IMG/VR virus record: IMGVR_UViG_3300021387_000688
Length of the DNA stretch: 64,000 bases
Origin: a virus
Taxonomy: Duplodnaviria > Caudoviricetes
Direction: 5' to 3' (one strand)
A model generated the notes under the pieces. The model did no database searches. It saw only the letters and a list, made by a program, of their open reading frames with translations, and had not been told where the DNA came from. Position numbers and translations under genes: made by a program. Below, piece by piece: positions 13,370-23,210 of this stretch (position 1 is the stretch's first letter; every line of letters begins with the position of its first letter).

Positions 13370-14452
13370 ATGGGTATTACGTACACTATAAATAAGAAAA
13401 GATCCCAAGTTGTGCATGGAGTTAGAGATTGGAATCAAATGTTCCGAATGGAGCCTAATAATGATACTACTCAACTTGCAGTCATAAGGGCTCGTAAAGA
13501 TAGAAAAATAGTAGGCCAAGCAGTTGTAACAGATGACTGGATTGTTTTCTTAGCTGTTGATCCTAAATGTAGAGGAAATGGTATAGGAACAAAACTAGTA
13601 AGCGAAGCCGAAAAAGAAATATTTAACAATGGTTATGAGGAGGCAAAATTACACCCTCAAAAAGAATTCCAAGATAGGTTAATACCATGGTATGAAAGCC
13701 TTGGATATGAAATTGTTGGATTCGATTCAGAGTGCCAAGAATATAATATGGTCAAAACAAATCCTGAAATCTATAAACAACATTCTTTAGATGAATCTAA
13801 AGATTATAAGTATAAAGCAAAAGTTGGGGACTTCTGGTTGCAAAAAGATGTAAACAACGAATGGAGTGTTTGCGATGATAAAGCGGAAGCCGATGAATTT
13901 GAATCTGAAACTGAACCGACTCAAATCATTAATCAAATGAAAAAAGATGGTAAAGTTAAAAAAGATACAAAGTACAAAATAGTTAAAATAAAGGAGAATA
14001 GAAATATGGCTAAGAAAGCATTGAAGGAATCTAAAGAATTTGTAGATGTCCTAGAAGGAGACACAGGTCGCGATTATAACGGAGAATCTGTAGTTATTTT
14101 GGATAAAGGCCCTGCAAGCAAGTTTGAAGGGGTTCAGGGTTATGAAACTTTAGAAGAAATGGCAGAAGATGAAGGCGAAAGTGTTGACGAAGCTTTCCCA
14201 GAATGTGTTTTGGTAGAAGTTGATGGAGAACAAATACTTTATTCTTATGGAGGAGATGGTGTTTTAGTAGAAGACGATTTTGATCTAATAAGACAAATAT
14301 CTTTTGACTTCATTGATAATGAAAGGTATGAAGATCAACAAATACTTAATCAAGTAAAACGTGCACTTCAGGATATGGGAATTGAAATTGTAGGTGGTCC
14401 AAGTTTTGGGGACACTTCTTGGACAAAAGAAGAGTACGGAATTAAGAACTAA
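13370..14452 (+). CDS. GNAT acetyltransferase fused to acidic LxES-delimited modules
   Basis: LAVDPKCRGNGIGTKL acetyl-CoA motif, WYESLGY. Confidence 0.75.
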   Translation: MGITYTINKKRSQVVHGVRDWNQMFRMEPNNDTTQLAVIRARKDRKIVGQAVVTDDWIVFLAVDPKCRGNGIGTKLVSEAEKEIFNNGYEEAKLHPQKEFQDRLIPWYESLGYEIVGFDSECQEYNMVKTNPEIYKQHSLDESKDYKYKAKVGDFWLQKDVNNEWSVCDDKAEADEFESETEPTQIINQMKKDGKVKKDTKYKIVKIKENRNMAKKALKESKEFVDVLEGDTGRDYNGESVVILDKGPASKFEGVQGYETLEEMAEDEGESVDEAFPECVLVEVDGEQILYSYGGDGVLVEDDFDLIRQISFDFIDNERYEDQQILNQVKRALQDMGIEIVGGPSFGDTSWTKEEYGIKN

Positions 14453-14481
14453 TAACCTTCTAGAAATGCTATATTGTAAAC

Positions 14482-14691
14482 ATGGAAGAAGTAATTAAAA
14501 TCTTGATGCAGAGAGATAAGTTAAGTTATAAAGAAGCTTATGCTGAAGTATCTGCATTTATGGTAGAAGCTCAAGAGTATATTGCATCAGGTGATTCTGA
14601 TGAGGTAGAAGAGCTTATAATGGAAGACCTGGGACTTGAACCAGATTATCTGGAAATGCTGCTCCCAGGTTATTCTTTTCAATTGTTTTAA
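14482..14691 (+). CDS. Small acidic phage protein (GLEPDY motif), probably leaderless
   Basis: CTATATT box 6 nt before ATG. Confidence 0.7.
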   Translation: MEEVIKILMQRDKLSYKEAYAEVSAFMVEAQEYIASGDSDEVEELIMEDLGLEPDYLEMLLPGYSFQLF

Positions 14692-14768
14692 TAAAGGAGA
14701 TTAAATGTTTAACATTTTTGCAAAGGGCCAACGTTAGGTTTACGTAAGTAGACTAAGGAGGCTCTTAA

Positions 14769-15833
14769 ATGAGTAGAAGTTACAAAAAAGGATATTCTTC
14801 TTGGCACCACACAAGTGAAGACAAGTGGGCCCGTAAAGTTTACAACAGATGTAGAAGAGCAAAAGATAAACACATTTTAAGAGAATGCGAAATCTTCTAC
14901 AGAGATTGCAACACTTTTAGACCTTATGAAAGCTGTTGCGGCTTGAACGGTGAAGTTTGTGATATTGACATAGACTGGTATTATCTTGAATTAGATGATC
15001 CCCACGACGCAGAAATCTATCATAACTGTATTATCAACCCTGAAGAAATTCTTTGCGATGTAAAAAGCAAAAGAATGAATAAATGCATAGGTTGCTGTTA
15101 TTCTGAAAACTGTTGGGAGAATGCTGAATTCCATTACGTATGGGATGAAGCCCCAGATGAACAGTTTTGTAACAACAGAGTAGATTATTCTGTAAAGTTT
15201 AGCGACAAGTGGAGTTGGCCAAGTGATGGAGGTTCTTATTACAGAGAAGATCTTCTCACAGTAAGAAAGGATATCGACGAAGAACTTTTTGCAGCAAAAT
15301 CTCCATCTCGTTGGAGTGATGCTACTATTTGGGAAGAGTATTGTGATTATAGAGATGCCAGAAACATTTCTAAATACCCTCACTCTTGGAGATTGCAGTA
15401 TGAGATTCCTACAGGAATCGAACTTGTAAGAGACTATTGGGGCTCTTCTTATGAACCTTATAAAAAGGGAATGTATATTCCTCCAGAGGATAAAAAGTAC
15501 TGCTATCGTGTAGACCCAAGCCCATGGGACAAAAACATTTCATATCTTAACAGATATGAAAAGAGACCTGTCACAGAAAAGTTCGATATTACTTTGGATC
15601 ACTCTCCTCGTAAAGGAAGTGACATACCAAAAAACGCAATTAACATTCGTTCTTATAGAAAGGATAAATGGAGACATTGTCAGGCCCATAGCGATTGGGG
15701 TTTAATGTCTTTCTTGTTTTATAGAAGCATTATTCCTACAACTTTCAAATCTAGAGAAGAAATGACTTCTTGGATTATGGAACACAACGAAGAGATTGCT
15801 AAAAAATGGTATAAAATCAAAAACCGTAAGTAA
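14769..15833 (+). CDS. Hypothetical protein with basic MSRSYKK N-terminus, Cys-rich
   Basis: 354 aa, AAGGAGG RBS; uORF at 14705-14737. Confidence 0.75.
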   Translation: MSRSYKKGYSSWHHTSEDKWARKVYNRCRRAKDKHILRECEIFYRDCNTFRPYESCCGLNGEVCDIDIDWYYLELDDPHDAEIYHNCIINPEEILCDVKSKRMNKCIGCCYSENCWENAEFHYVWDEAPDEQFCNNRVDYSVKFSDKWSWPSDGGSYYREDLLTVRKDIDEELFAAKSPSRWSDATIWEEYCDYRDARNISKYPHSWRLQYEIPTGIELVRDYWGSSYEPYKKGMYIPPEDKKYCYRVDPSPWDKNISYLNRYEKRPVTEKFDITLDHSPRKGSDIPKNAINIRSYRKDKWRHCQAHSDWGLMSFLFYRSIIPTTFKSREEMTSWIMEHNEEIAKKWYKIKNRK

Positions 15834-15837
15834 AAAG

Positions 15838-15868
15838 AAAGGCTTCTCAAAAAGAGAAGCCTTTTTTA
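15838..15868. terminator. Bidirectional terminator
   Basis: AAAGGCTTCTC/GAGAAGCCTTT with A and T tracts. Confidence 0.75.
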
Positions 15869-15883
15869 TTAAAGTTTTCCATT

Positions 15884-16261
15884 TTAGAACAGTTTATCAC
15901 AAGATCCAAATAAAGGTTTGTTGCTTGGTTCTGCAAAGTATTCTCTTACCGAATTTCCGTCGGATGTTAAGGCCCCCGCATTTTTAAGAAGGCTTCTTAT
16001 TTCTCTAGGGGAAATATCGGAATTTGTTAAAATGTAAACTTTTGCAAGATCTGCATGTACTTCTACAACTTGCCCAATTGCAGCAGCTATTACTTCAAAT
16101 ACTGTTTGTATAAGAGAAATTTCTTGATTGATATCCGCAAAAGCATGACTATCGCTCCAATCGCAGAAATTGTCTACATCTCTTGGATCGTAAGGGTTAG
16201 TACCAGGATCATTGTAAATTTCGAAATCTTCTGACAACTTAGTAAATCTTAAACAGTGCAT
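15884..16261 (-). CDS. Hypothetical protein
   Basis: AGGAG RBS, 125 aa. Confidence 0.65.
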   Translation of the reverse strand: MHCLRFTKLSEDFEIYNDPGTNPYDPRDVDNFCDWSDSHAFADINQEISLIQTVFEVIAAAIGQVVEVHADLAKVYILTNSDISPREIRSLLKNAGALTSDGNSVREYFAEPSNKPLFGSCDKLF

Positions 16262-16308
16262 TTTTATACTCCTATATTGTATATATATAGTGTATTACTT
16301 CAGAGACT

Positions 16309-16803
16309 TTATTCTAACCAGAATTGATCATCTTCAAAATCAATATATTTTATACAAGGTAGGTCCGGATCTGTCCCAAACTTCCTTGCAATTGCCCTTG
16401 CAATATCTCTCCAAGTTTGGTTGTGTCCTTTAGCTTTCATTACATCATCTAATTGGTCGTTAAATTGATCTGCAGTTATTTGACCTGTTTCTAATTGAGT
16501 AAGTAAATGACTTGCACATTGTACATGAGCCAATTCATGAATTAATGTACTGATTTGATATTCTGTTTTCAAAGAATAGAAAGAAGGGTCAATATAAATT
16601 GCATACTCTCTTTTATAAAAATCTTGAATATCGGTTACGGCTACAAGATTCATATTATCCCAATCATTAGCTTCAAGTTCCATTTCAACTACAGGTACCG
16701 TCATTACTTCTGGGTCTAATATTCCTTTTGCAGCTTGTAGAATCATAACGTAAAGATCATCTACTTCTTCTTCGGAATCGCATCCGGTTTCTTTTACACT
16801 CAT
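16309..16803 (-). CDS. SprT-like zinc metalloprotease
   Basis: TLIHELAH...GH...W motif. Confidence 0.7.
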   Translation of the reverse strand: MSVKETGCDSEEEVDDLYVMILQAAKGILDPEVMTVPVVEMELEANDWDNMNLVAVTDIQDFYKREYAIYIDPSFYSLKTEYQISTLIHELAHVQCASHLLTQLETGQITADQFNDQLDDVMKAKGHNQTWRDIARAIARKFGTDPDLPCIKYIDFEDDQFWLE

Positions 16804-16826
16804 TTTTAATCCTCTAATAAAGTTAG

Positions 16827-17126
16827 TTAACGATCCTCAACTTTAGCTTCTTCAGTTTTTACTTCTTCTTCGTGAGGTTTATCTTTCTTTGGTTCAAATC
16901 CTTGTAACGCTTTTGGAGCGGCTACTAATGTAGTAACAACTCCTAATAAAGTTGCGGCACTTGCATAGAAAGAACTGTCAAAAGGTTTATTAGTAAAGTG
17001 CCCTACTACGCCAGCAATTAAGATTCCTACTATACACCAAATATCTACTTTAACAACTGAAGCGAAAGCCCATCTAGTAGAAGAAATTGTAGTTTTATCA
17101 TCTGCTATTTCTCTTATTGTAATCAT
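16827..17126 (-). CDS. Two-TM membrane protein (holin-like)
   Basis: Two hydrophobic helices, charged C-terminus. Confidence 0.5.
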   Translation of the reverse strand: MITIREIADDKTTISSTRWAFASVVKVDIWCIVGILIAGVVGHFTNKPFDSSFYASAATLLGVVTTLVAAPKALQGFEPKKDKPHEEEVKTEEAKVEDR

Positions 17127-17189
17127 AATAGTTCTCCTATTATTTATTTAGTTGACAAAAATGTGCCAGTATTCTCCTATATTATAATC

Positions 17190-17708
17190 ATGATTTCACT
17201 ATTACAATACGCAGAAAGCGTACCTAGAAAAGAAGAATTTATTGAATATTTGAGATGTTTTACAGGCTATGATGAACACGCTGCAAAACGAACTGAAAAA
17301 GAATGTAAAGAAATTTATACAGACTTTGAAAATAAGTACAGTGAGAAAATGGAGTACGATGAGTTTGTAGACATTTACTTTTGGGAGTTTGTAAGACAGC
17401 GGCAGAATAGTCAAATCACAGATGAAGAGTGTAACAAGAATGAACATCTTTTGAGATATTCTATAAGAAAAAGAGTTGAAGATTCTCATCAAACCCCAAT
17501 GACTTTTACAGAATGGAAAAACTTTTTTGAATACGAAAAAGGGTCTGTAGAAGGTTGGGAAACAAATAACTCGGCTGCATTTTTTGAAAATGAAATCTGG
17601 CCGATTGTAGTAGACTTTAGTAAAAACGACATTGCTACTATTTCAAAACAGGTTTTAGCAGATCTTATTGAAATGGCTTACGAAGAAGGAAAACGTTATG
17701 GAAGATAA
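17190..17708 (+). CDS. Hypothetical protein, probably leaderless
   Basis: CTATATT box 6 nt before ATG. Confidence 0.7.
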   Translation: MISLLQYAESVPRKEEFIEYLRCFTGYDEHAAKRTEKECKEIYTDFENKYSEKMEYDEFVDIYFWEFVRQRQNSQITDEECNKNEHLLRYSIRKRVEDSHQTPMTFTEWKNFFEYEKGSVEGWETNNSAAFFENEIWPIVVDFSKNDIATISKQVLADLIEMAYEEGKRYGR

Positions 17709-18135
17709 AGATATTCATATTGCAATTCAGAAAATGTCAGATTATTTTATCCGCTATTATGTGGAGAAAGATATTGAAAGAGGAAACTCTATTGAAAATT
17801 GTAATGCAACTGCAATCTTTAATTATGTACATCATGTATTGGCCCAGATTGGATTTGTAACTGCAGAAGAGGAAAATGGAAGACTTTTCCTTTATGCTTT
17901 GTACCCAATGAACTTTATAGGTATTATTGATACAAACGGCCATGCAATTGTTTGGGATTATGTACAGAAGTTGATGAAAGAAAAAGTTGGAGTTGAAATT
18001 GCAATGGGTCAATTTAAGATTGACGACATCCACGGAATCGATGTACATGAAGATACTTTAGGGTATTTGGAGTCAACCTGGCAGATGTATAAAGATGGTG
18101 TAATGACTTTTGAGCAAGCTTTTACGGAGGATTAA
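17698..18135 (+). CDS. Hypothetical protein
   Basis: Operon packing. Confidence 0.7.
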   Translation: MEDKDIHIAIQKMSDYFIRYYVEKDIERGNSIENCNATAIFNYVHHVLAQIGFVTAEEENGRLFLYALYPMNFIGIIDTNGHAIVWDYVQKLMKEKVGVEIAMGQFKIDDIHGIDVHEDTLGYLESTWQMYKDGVMTFEQAFTED

Positions 18136-18138
18136 AAA

Positions 18139-18765
18139 ATGAAAGTATATGAAGTTTGGACCGGTCAGTATGAAGATTGTGAAAGAGTTTATACTTCAAC
18201 CAATGAAGCTGCTGCGAATTTGCAATTATCAAAATATTTAATTTTTGATGAATCTGCCAGATTATATACTAAAGAAATTTCTGAAGAAGAAGCTTGTGAA
18301 CCTGAATTCATTTGGGTTTATATTTCTACTTTTGTGGACAGTTGGGAATTTGCAAAAGAGAAAGGAATTGATCATTACTACGGAAGTAACCATGTAATGT
18401 TCGATGAGTGGGAAACCAAGTGCAGAGAATATCATTTAGAAGGAGCTGCTTTCCCAAATGAAATTAAAGCAGACGTTGAATCTAGACTAGGCAAACCAGT
18501 TGATATAGATTTTGATTCTGCAGATGCAGTTCTTATAAAAGATGGGTGCGGAGTTGGAGACTTCGGAATCTATGTAAAACTGGATTACAAAAAACTTTTG
18601 ACCCGCCAGAAAAATACTCCTTCTTTTTGGAAGCCTGATATCTTAAACAATGTACAGTATTGGTTTGAAGCTTTAGCATCTCAAAACAAAGGGCTTATGC
18701 AAGAAGATTACAAAGCATATAAAGAAGGGGATGTTAAAGTATTGACGGAGGGCGAAAATGATTAA
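18139..18765 (+). CDS. Hypothetical protein
   Basis: GGAGG RBS, 208 aa. Confidence 0.7.
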   Translation: MKVYEVWTGQYEDCERVYTSTNEAAANLQLSKYLIFDESARLYTKEISEEEACEPEFIWVYISTFVDSWEFAKEKGIDHYYGSNHVMFDEWETKCREYHLEGAAFPNEIKADVESRLGKPVDIDFDSADAVLIKDGCGVGDFGIYVKLDYKKLLTRQKNTPSFWKPDILNNVQYWFEALASQNKGLMQEDYKAYKEGDVKVLTEGEND

Positions 18766-19120
18766 AGAAAAAGAAGATTTTATGAAAGACCCCGATATTC
18801 AAAAACTTTTTACTTATGCTGCAAACTGGTCTGCAACTGCAAAATTGGAAATAGAGTTTTTGAATACAATAGATTTGATTCCTTATCTTAAAGATGATTC
18901 AAATGAAGTTTACGAAATTCGTAGCAATCTTGAAGATGATTACGAAGAGGCTTATGCAGATTTCTTGAAATCAAAGGAATTAGATCCGGAAGAATATGGG
19001 GGATTGTTTAATGTATTGGATGATGATGATTTTATCCATTACGTTTTAGCAAGATATGACGGGCTCGGGGTCCATGAAATATTCCACGATCCTGAATATT
19101 ATTTTTATGAGAAGAAATAA
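18758..19120 (+). CDS. Hypothetical acidic protein
   Basis: GGAGG RBS. Confidence 0.7.
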   Translation: MIKEKEDFMKDPDIQKLFTYAANWSATAKLEIEFLNTIDLIPYLKDDSNEVYEIRSNLEDDYEEAYADFLKSKELDPEEYGGLFNVLDDDDFIHYVLARYDGLGVHEIFHDPEYYFYEKK

Positions 19121-19426
19121 ATGCAATATACCCTTTATTTAAAGTCACATTTCAAGAAATATAAAAAAGAAAGAATTCCTCTTATTGCTTTTGATATAAA
19201 TGATCCAAAAAATATCTATTGGTATTTTCTTTCCGATACTCAAATTGATTGCGAAAAGCATCAAGGCTTTTGGGATGTAGATTGGGAAAGAATTAAACTG
19301 TTAAGAGATGCCATCGCAGAAGAAATAAAAAATTGGGACAAGTGGAGTCTATGTGATTCTTTTGAAGAATGGTTTGAAAAACAAACTCTTTTAAGAAATG
19401 ATTTTGAATGGGAGAAAGGTATATGA
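19121..19426 (+). CDS. Hypothetical protein
   Basis: Operon packing. Confidence 0.65.
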   Translation: MQYTLYLKSHFKKYKKERIPLIAFDINDPKNIYWYFLSDTQIDCEKHQGFWDVDWERIKLLRDAIAEEIKNWDKWSLCDSFEEWFEKQTLLRNDFEWEKGI

Positions 19427-20046
19427 AAGAAAGAATAATCTTTCTCGACATCGATGGTGTAGTGGATAGTTTAAAATATTTCAAATCTAAAAAATATAAA
19501 TCTGAAAAGGCTGACCACGAGTATGACATGTCAAATATGATAAACCGTCAGAATCTTTTTTGGGTTGGACTTCTTTGCAGAATAACAAAAGCAAAAGTTG
19601 TTTTATCCTCTACTTGGAAATATGGCTTTAACGAAGATGGTACTCCAAAAGAAATGGAGAAAGGTCACAATATGTTTAAGACAAACGACCTCTTCAAAAA
19701 ATATGGAGTTAACATTATTTCTATTACAAGAAAAGGAGAATTGGTTCCTCCAGATTGGGAATTAGATTTAGATAATTTATCTAAGTGGTGCGATGGAAGA
19801 AAATTCTCAGGTTTAGAAGATTGCAAAGAAAAAGAGTTCATTTTAAAGTATTGCCGAGGCACCCAAATTGCAGAATGGATTGAAAGAAACAATTACAAGG
19901 GAAACTATATTGTAATTGACGATGATGTAGGAGACATCATTTTCTATAAAGATTTGAAAAAGAGATTAGTTCAAACTTCGTATTATAGTAGATATGATGG
20001 TTTTAGATTTTTACATTTTTTAAAAGGATTGTGGTTGCTAAAATGA
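19423..20046 (+). CDS. HAD-family phosphatase (RNA-repair-type HAD domain)
   Basis: IIFLDIDGV, VVLSSTW, RG..I..W, IDDD motifs. Confidence 0.75.
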   Translation: MKERIIFLDIDGVVDSLKYFKSKKYKSEKADHEYDMSNMINRQNLFWVGLLCRITKAKVVLSSTWKYGFNEDGTPKEMEKGHNMFKTNDLFKKYGVNIISITRKGELVPPDWELDLDNLSKWCDGRKFSGLEDCKEKEFILKYCRGTQIAEWIERNNYKGNYIVIDDDVGDIIFYKDLKKRLVQTSYYSRYDGFRFLHFLKGLWLLK

Positions 20047-21762
20047 AAAGAAGTGCAATACTTGATCATATTAAAGAACCTACTTTAATTGATAAAACAA
20101 CTGGGGGTGTTTTATATGCACCATATTTTCCTATGACTGCAATTTATAAGAACGCAGAAGATTATAAACGATTATTGGATGAACATACAAAGGCCGAACT
20201 TTACATTGTGGAAAACGGTGTAAATCAAAAAGACTATGATGAATTTGTAAGGTGGAAAAATAAGTTGAGTGAAGTTTTCTTATCTAATGCAAATTCAGTT
20301 TGTAGAGTAAAAGGTATTTGTTTGTATGACCTTTATCAAATAATCAAGCACGAAGATTTAAATTGCAATTCTTTTGTGGATTACAATGAATGGAGTTGGT
20401 AGTTATGAACGTAACAGAAATACAACGTCAAGCTCCTCTTCTTCAAAAAGAAGCGATCGGTTATTTGAAGTCTATTAATGAAGGTCAAATTGTTTTAGAT
20501 GAATACACCCGTGGTTTTATTAATGGATGGATTGCAAAAGGATTAAAAGAAAAAGGATTGGACTCAGAAATTGAACTTGAATGGCCCCCAAAAATAAATC
20601 TTCCAGAAGGTAGTGAAGAAAAGCTTGATGCCACTTTTGAAAAGATTTATAAAAAACTTCAGGATGAGGGTCAAATAAGATGAGTGATGTAAAAGAACAT
20701 AAAAGTGCAGAATTTATAGATGACCAAACTGAATGGGAAATGGCTATGGCTCAAAGAGAGCAAGAAGAAAGAGAATGGCAAGAAGCTTTAGATAGACTTC
20801 AAGCTATGAATTATGATTTCGAAAGAGGGGATTATAGATACTAGGAGGTACGATGATGAATTATTATGTAATAGGTTTTATTGTTTTTGCTATTTATTCT
20901 GTGGCTATGTTTTTATTTGGAAAGGGCTATGGGGTGGAATGTACGTATTCTTTTATTAAGAAAAGCTACCCTGAAGTCTTTCGTGAAATATTTTCCGGTG
21001 CCCGCAGTAACAAAAACAAAGATATTTGGTATGTAATTTGGAGTACAAACCCAGATGCAGAATTTGATATGATTCCTTACAAGAATGCAACTTCTAAAGA
21101 AATCAAAGAATCTTTACATCAAGGTACCTATGAAGAATGCGATAAATGGTGTGAAGAAAAAGCAGATCTTGTAGATACAAAGCACCATTGTTGGAAGGAT
21201 AAATAAATGGTAATTTTTAAAGGTATAGTTATACTTTGCACATTAGGGTATGTAGTTGCTATAGTAATGATAATATTATATTGCCTGGGGGCTTGGATTA
21301 ATCAATATTTCTCTCATAAGTTCAGAAAAGGTAAAAAGGATGATGGACAAAAATGTTAAGAGATTCCTTAAGGAATGGAAAAATGAATTAAAAATGATAG
21401 AGTTTCTAAATGAAAGGTTTAGAAGCACTATGAGAATCGCTCCTTTCGATGACGGTGATGCTATAGCATGTCCTTGGCCAGTAGGAACTATATTCGATGA
21501 GAATACTCCTAAAGAAGATTTAGATTTGTTAAGTGAATACTGTAAGAATGAAGAACTTGCAGTATTTGGAATGCCTTCAGATGTATTTGGTAAATGGGAT
21601 CATCAAAGTGTTCTATATTCTATAGGTAACATTACTGATGTTAACCAAGGTACAGTTGATTTTGGATTTTGGCCGGCAGGTCCTTGCCAAGCAGGTCATT
21701 TACCTAAATTGCTCCTATATAAAATATACAAAGTAAAAAGTAAAAGGAAAGGAATATACTAA
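20043..21762 (+). other. Run of small hypothetical CDSs (20043-20402, 20405-20683, 20680-20844, 20853-21206, 21340-21762)
   Basis: Co-oriented, abutting ORFs with RBSs. Confidence 0.6.
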
Positions 21763-23210
21763 TGTCTAAAAAAGTTAAAACACTATCCCATTATATTTGC
21801 GAAAGCTGGTTTGACTATAGTTTTACTTGTAATCAAACTTTAAAAGAAATCCCCAGCTTTACAGAAATGGAATATGAGGGAAAGAAAGTTGTAGTACAAG
21901 TAGTTGAACTTACAAACGAAAATGTAGTAGCTTGTAACGCTTGGCTTAATAGTGTTTTAATTTATGCAGTTAAAGTACCTTATATTAAAAACCACCGTTA
22001 TAATCTTTACTATTCCTTTAAAGCAAAAAACTCTGGTATTTTCACAAACGAAGAAATCTCTGAAAAATATAAAGTTGCAGATATGAAAACTTTATTCAAT
22101 GATCCTACAAAACCTATAGAATTGGAATATGAAGGTTTAAGGATAACTAAGAAAATGGACCCAATTGAAGCTAAAAAACTTTTCAAAAGATTGCAGAAAG
22201 CTAAATTGATTGGTAAAGTATTCTGGGATCATATTGATGGATATTGGGATGTAACTTGCCGCGCTTGTAGGCATCCAGATTCCAAAGTTTCCCAAGCCCT
22301 TTCTTGCCCAGGTGTAGGTTATGTTTATAGAGTAGGAAAATACGAACATTACAATAAAAGAGATGAATTAAATCACAACCCATTGGGTACAGAATTCTTA
22401 TTTGATAAAACAGTTTATGTAAAAATTCCAATTGAGCAGCAGGATTTAGTTTCTTATTATAACAAAGATGAATATGCAGAAAAGATTAAAATATACGAAC
22501 CCCTTGAATCAAACATAGAGTATTTCAATAAAGAGGCTTATGAAAAGTGGTGCAGTAAAAGAACCGGTTCTACTGCATGGAACTTGTTAGTAGGAAAAGC
22601 ATTAGAAGATTCTGAATATCCAAAGTTTGAAGACCTTTGGGATAAATGTTGTTTAATTGATAAAATTGACTATTTGTATTTCGATAAAAAGTTTAATAGA
22701 TATGCATCCATTATTGATGAAGGTAGGGCTGAGAGTGATTACGAAAAAGTAATTTGCTTAGAGTGGTTGGAATATAATGTAGCATATCCTCCTTTTGATA
22801 AGTTCTGGGATGAAACAACTTTGACCCAAAAAGAAATAGATTCGAATGGAAATATCAGAGGCGGAGCTTATAGATTATTTGAAACTCATTTAAATGATAC
22901 GCACTATAAACTTTGGGATGAAGGTATTTTTGCTAAAGGTCAAAAGGTAGAAGAAAAAGATTGGGATGAATTGATTCGTTTAGGTGCAGCTGAAAAAGTA
23001 GTCACATTTGGTTGGCATTCTTCTCATCCTAAAGATTCTATAGAGTGCCCTGTATGTAGAGCTATGTATGATAGTGCAATGGCTCACAACTGGATTGGTT
23101 GGAGAAAAGCTTTATCCCCTATTATCTTTTCGAAGCCTGGAATGTGGTTTACAGATGCAATGAGTAAAAGATACATCAAGAAATGTACAAAAAGGAAGGG
23201 TAAGAAGTAA
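21762..23210 (+). CDS. Hypothetical protein with two CxxC motifs
   Basis: 482 aa; CRAC and CPVC. Confidence 0.75.
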   Translation: MSKKVKTLSHYICESWFDYSFTCNQTLKEIPSFTEMEYEGKKVVVQVVELTNENVVACNAWLNSVLIYAVKVPYIKNHRYNLYYSFKAKNSGIFTNEEISEKYKVADMKTLFNDPTKPIELEYEGLRITKKMDPIEAKKLFKRLQKAKLIGKVFWDHIDGYWDVTCRACRHPDSKVSQALSCPGVGYVYRVGKYEHYNKRDELNHNPLGTEFLFDKTVYVKIPIEQQDLVSYYNKDEYAEKIKIYEPLESNIEYFNKEAYEKWCSKRTGSTAWNLLVGKALEDSEYPKFEDLWDKCCLIDKIDYLYFDKKFNRYASIIDEGRAESDYEKVICLEWLEYNVAYPPFDKFWDETTLTQKEIDSNGNIRGGAYRLFETHLNDTHYKLWDEGIFAKGQKVEEKDWDELIRLGAAEKVVTFGWHSSHPKDSIECPVCRAMYDSAMAHNWIGWRKALSPIIFSKPGMWFTDAMSKRYIKKCTKRKGKK

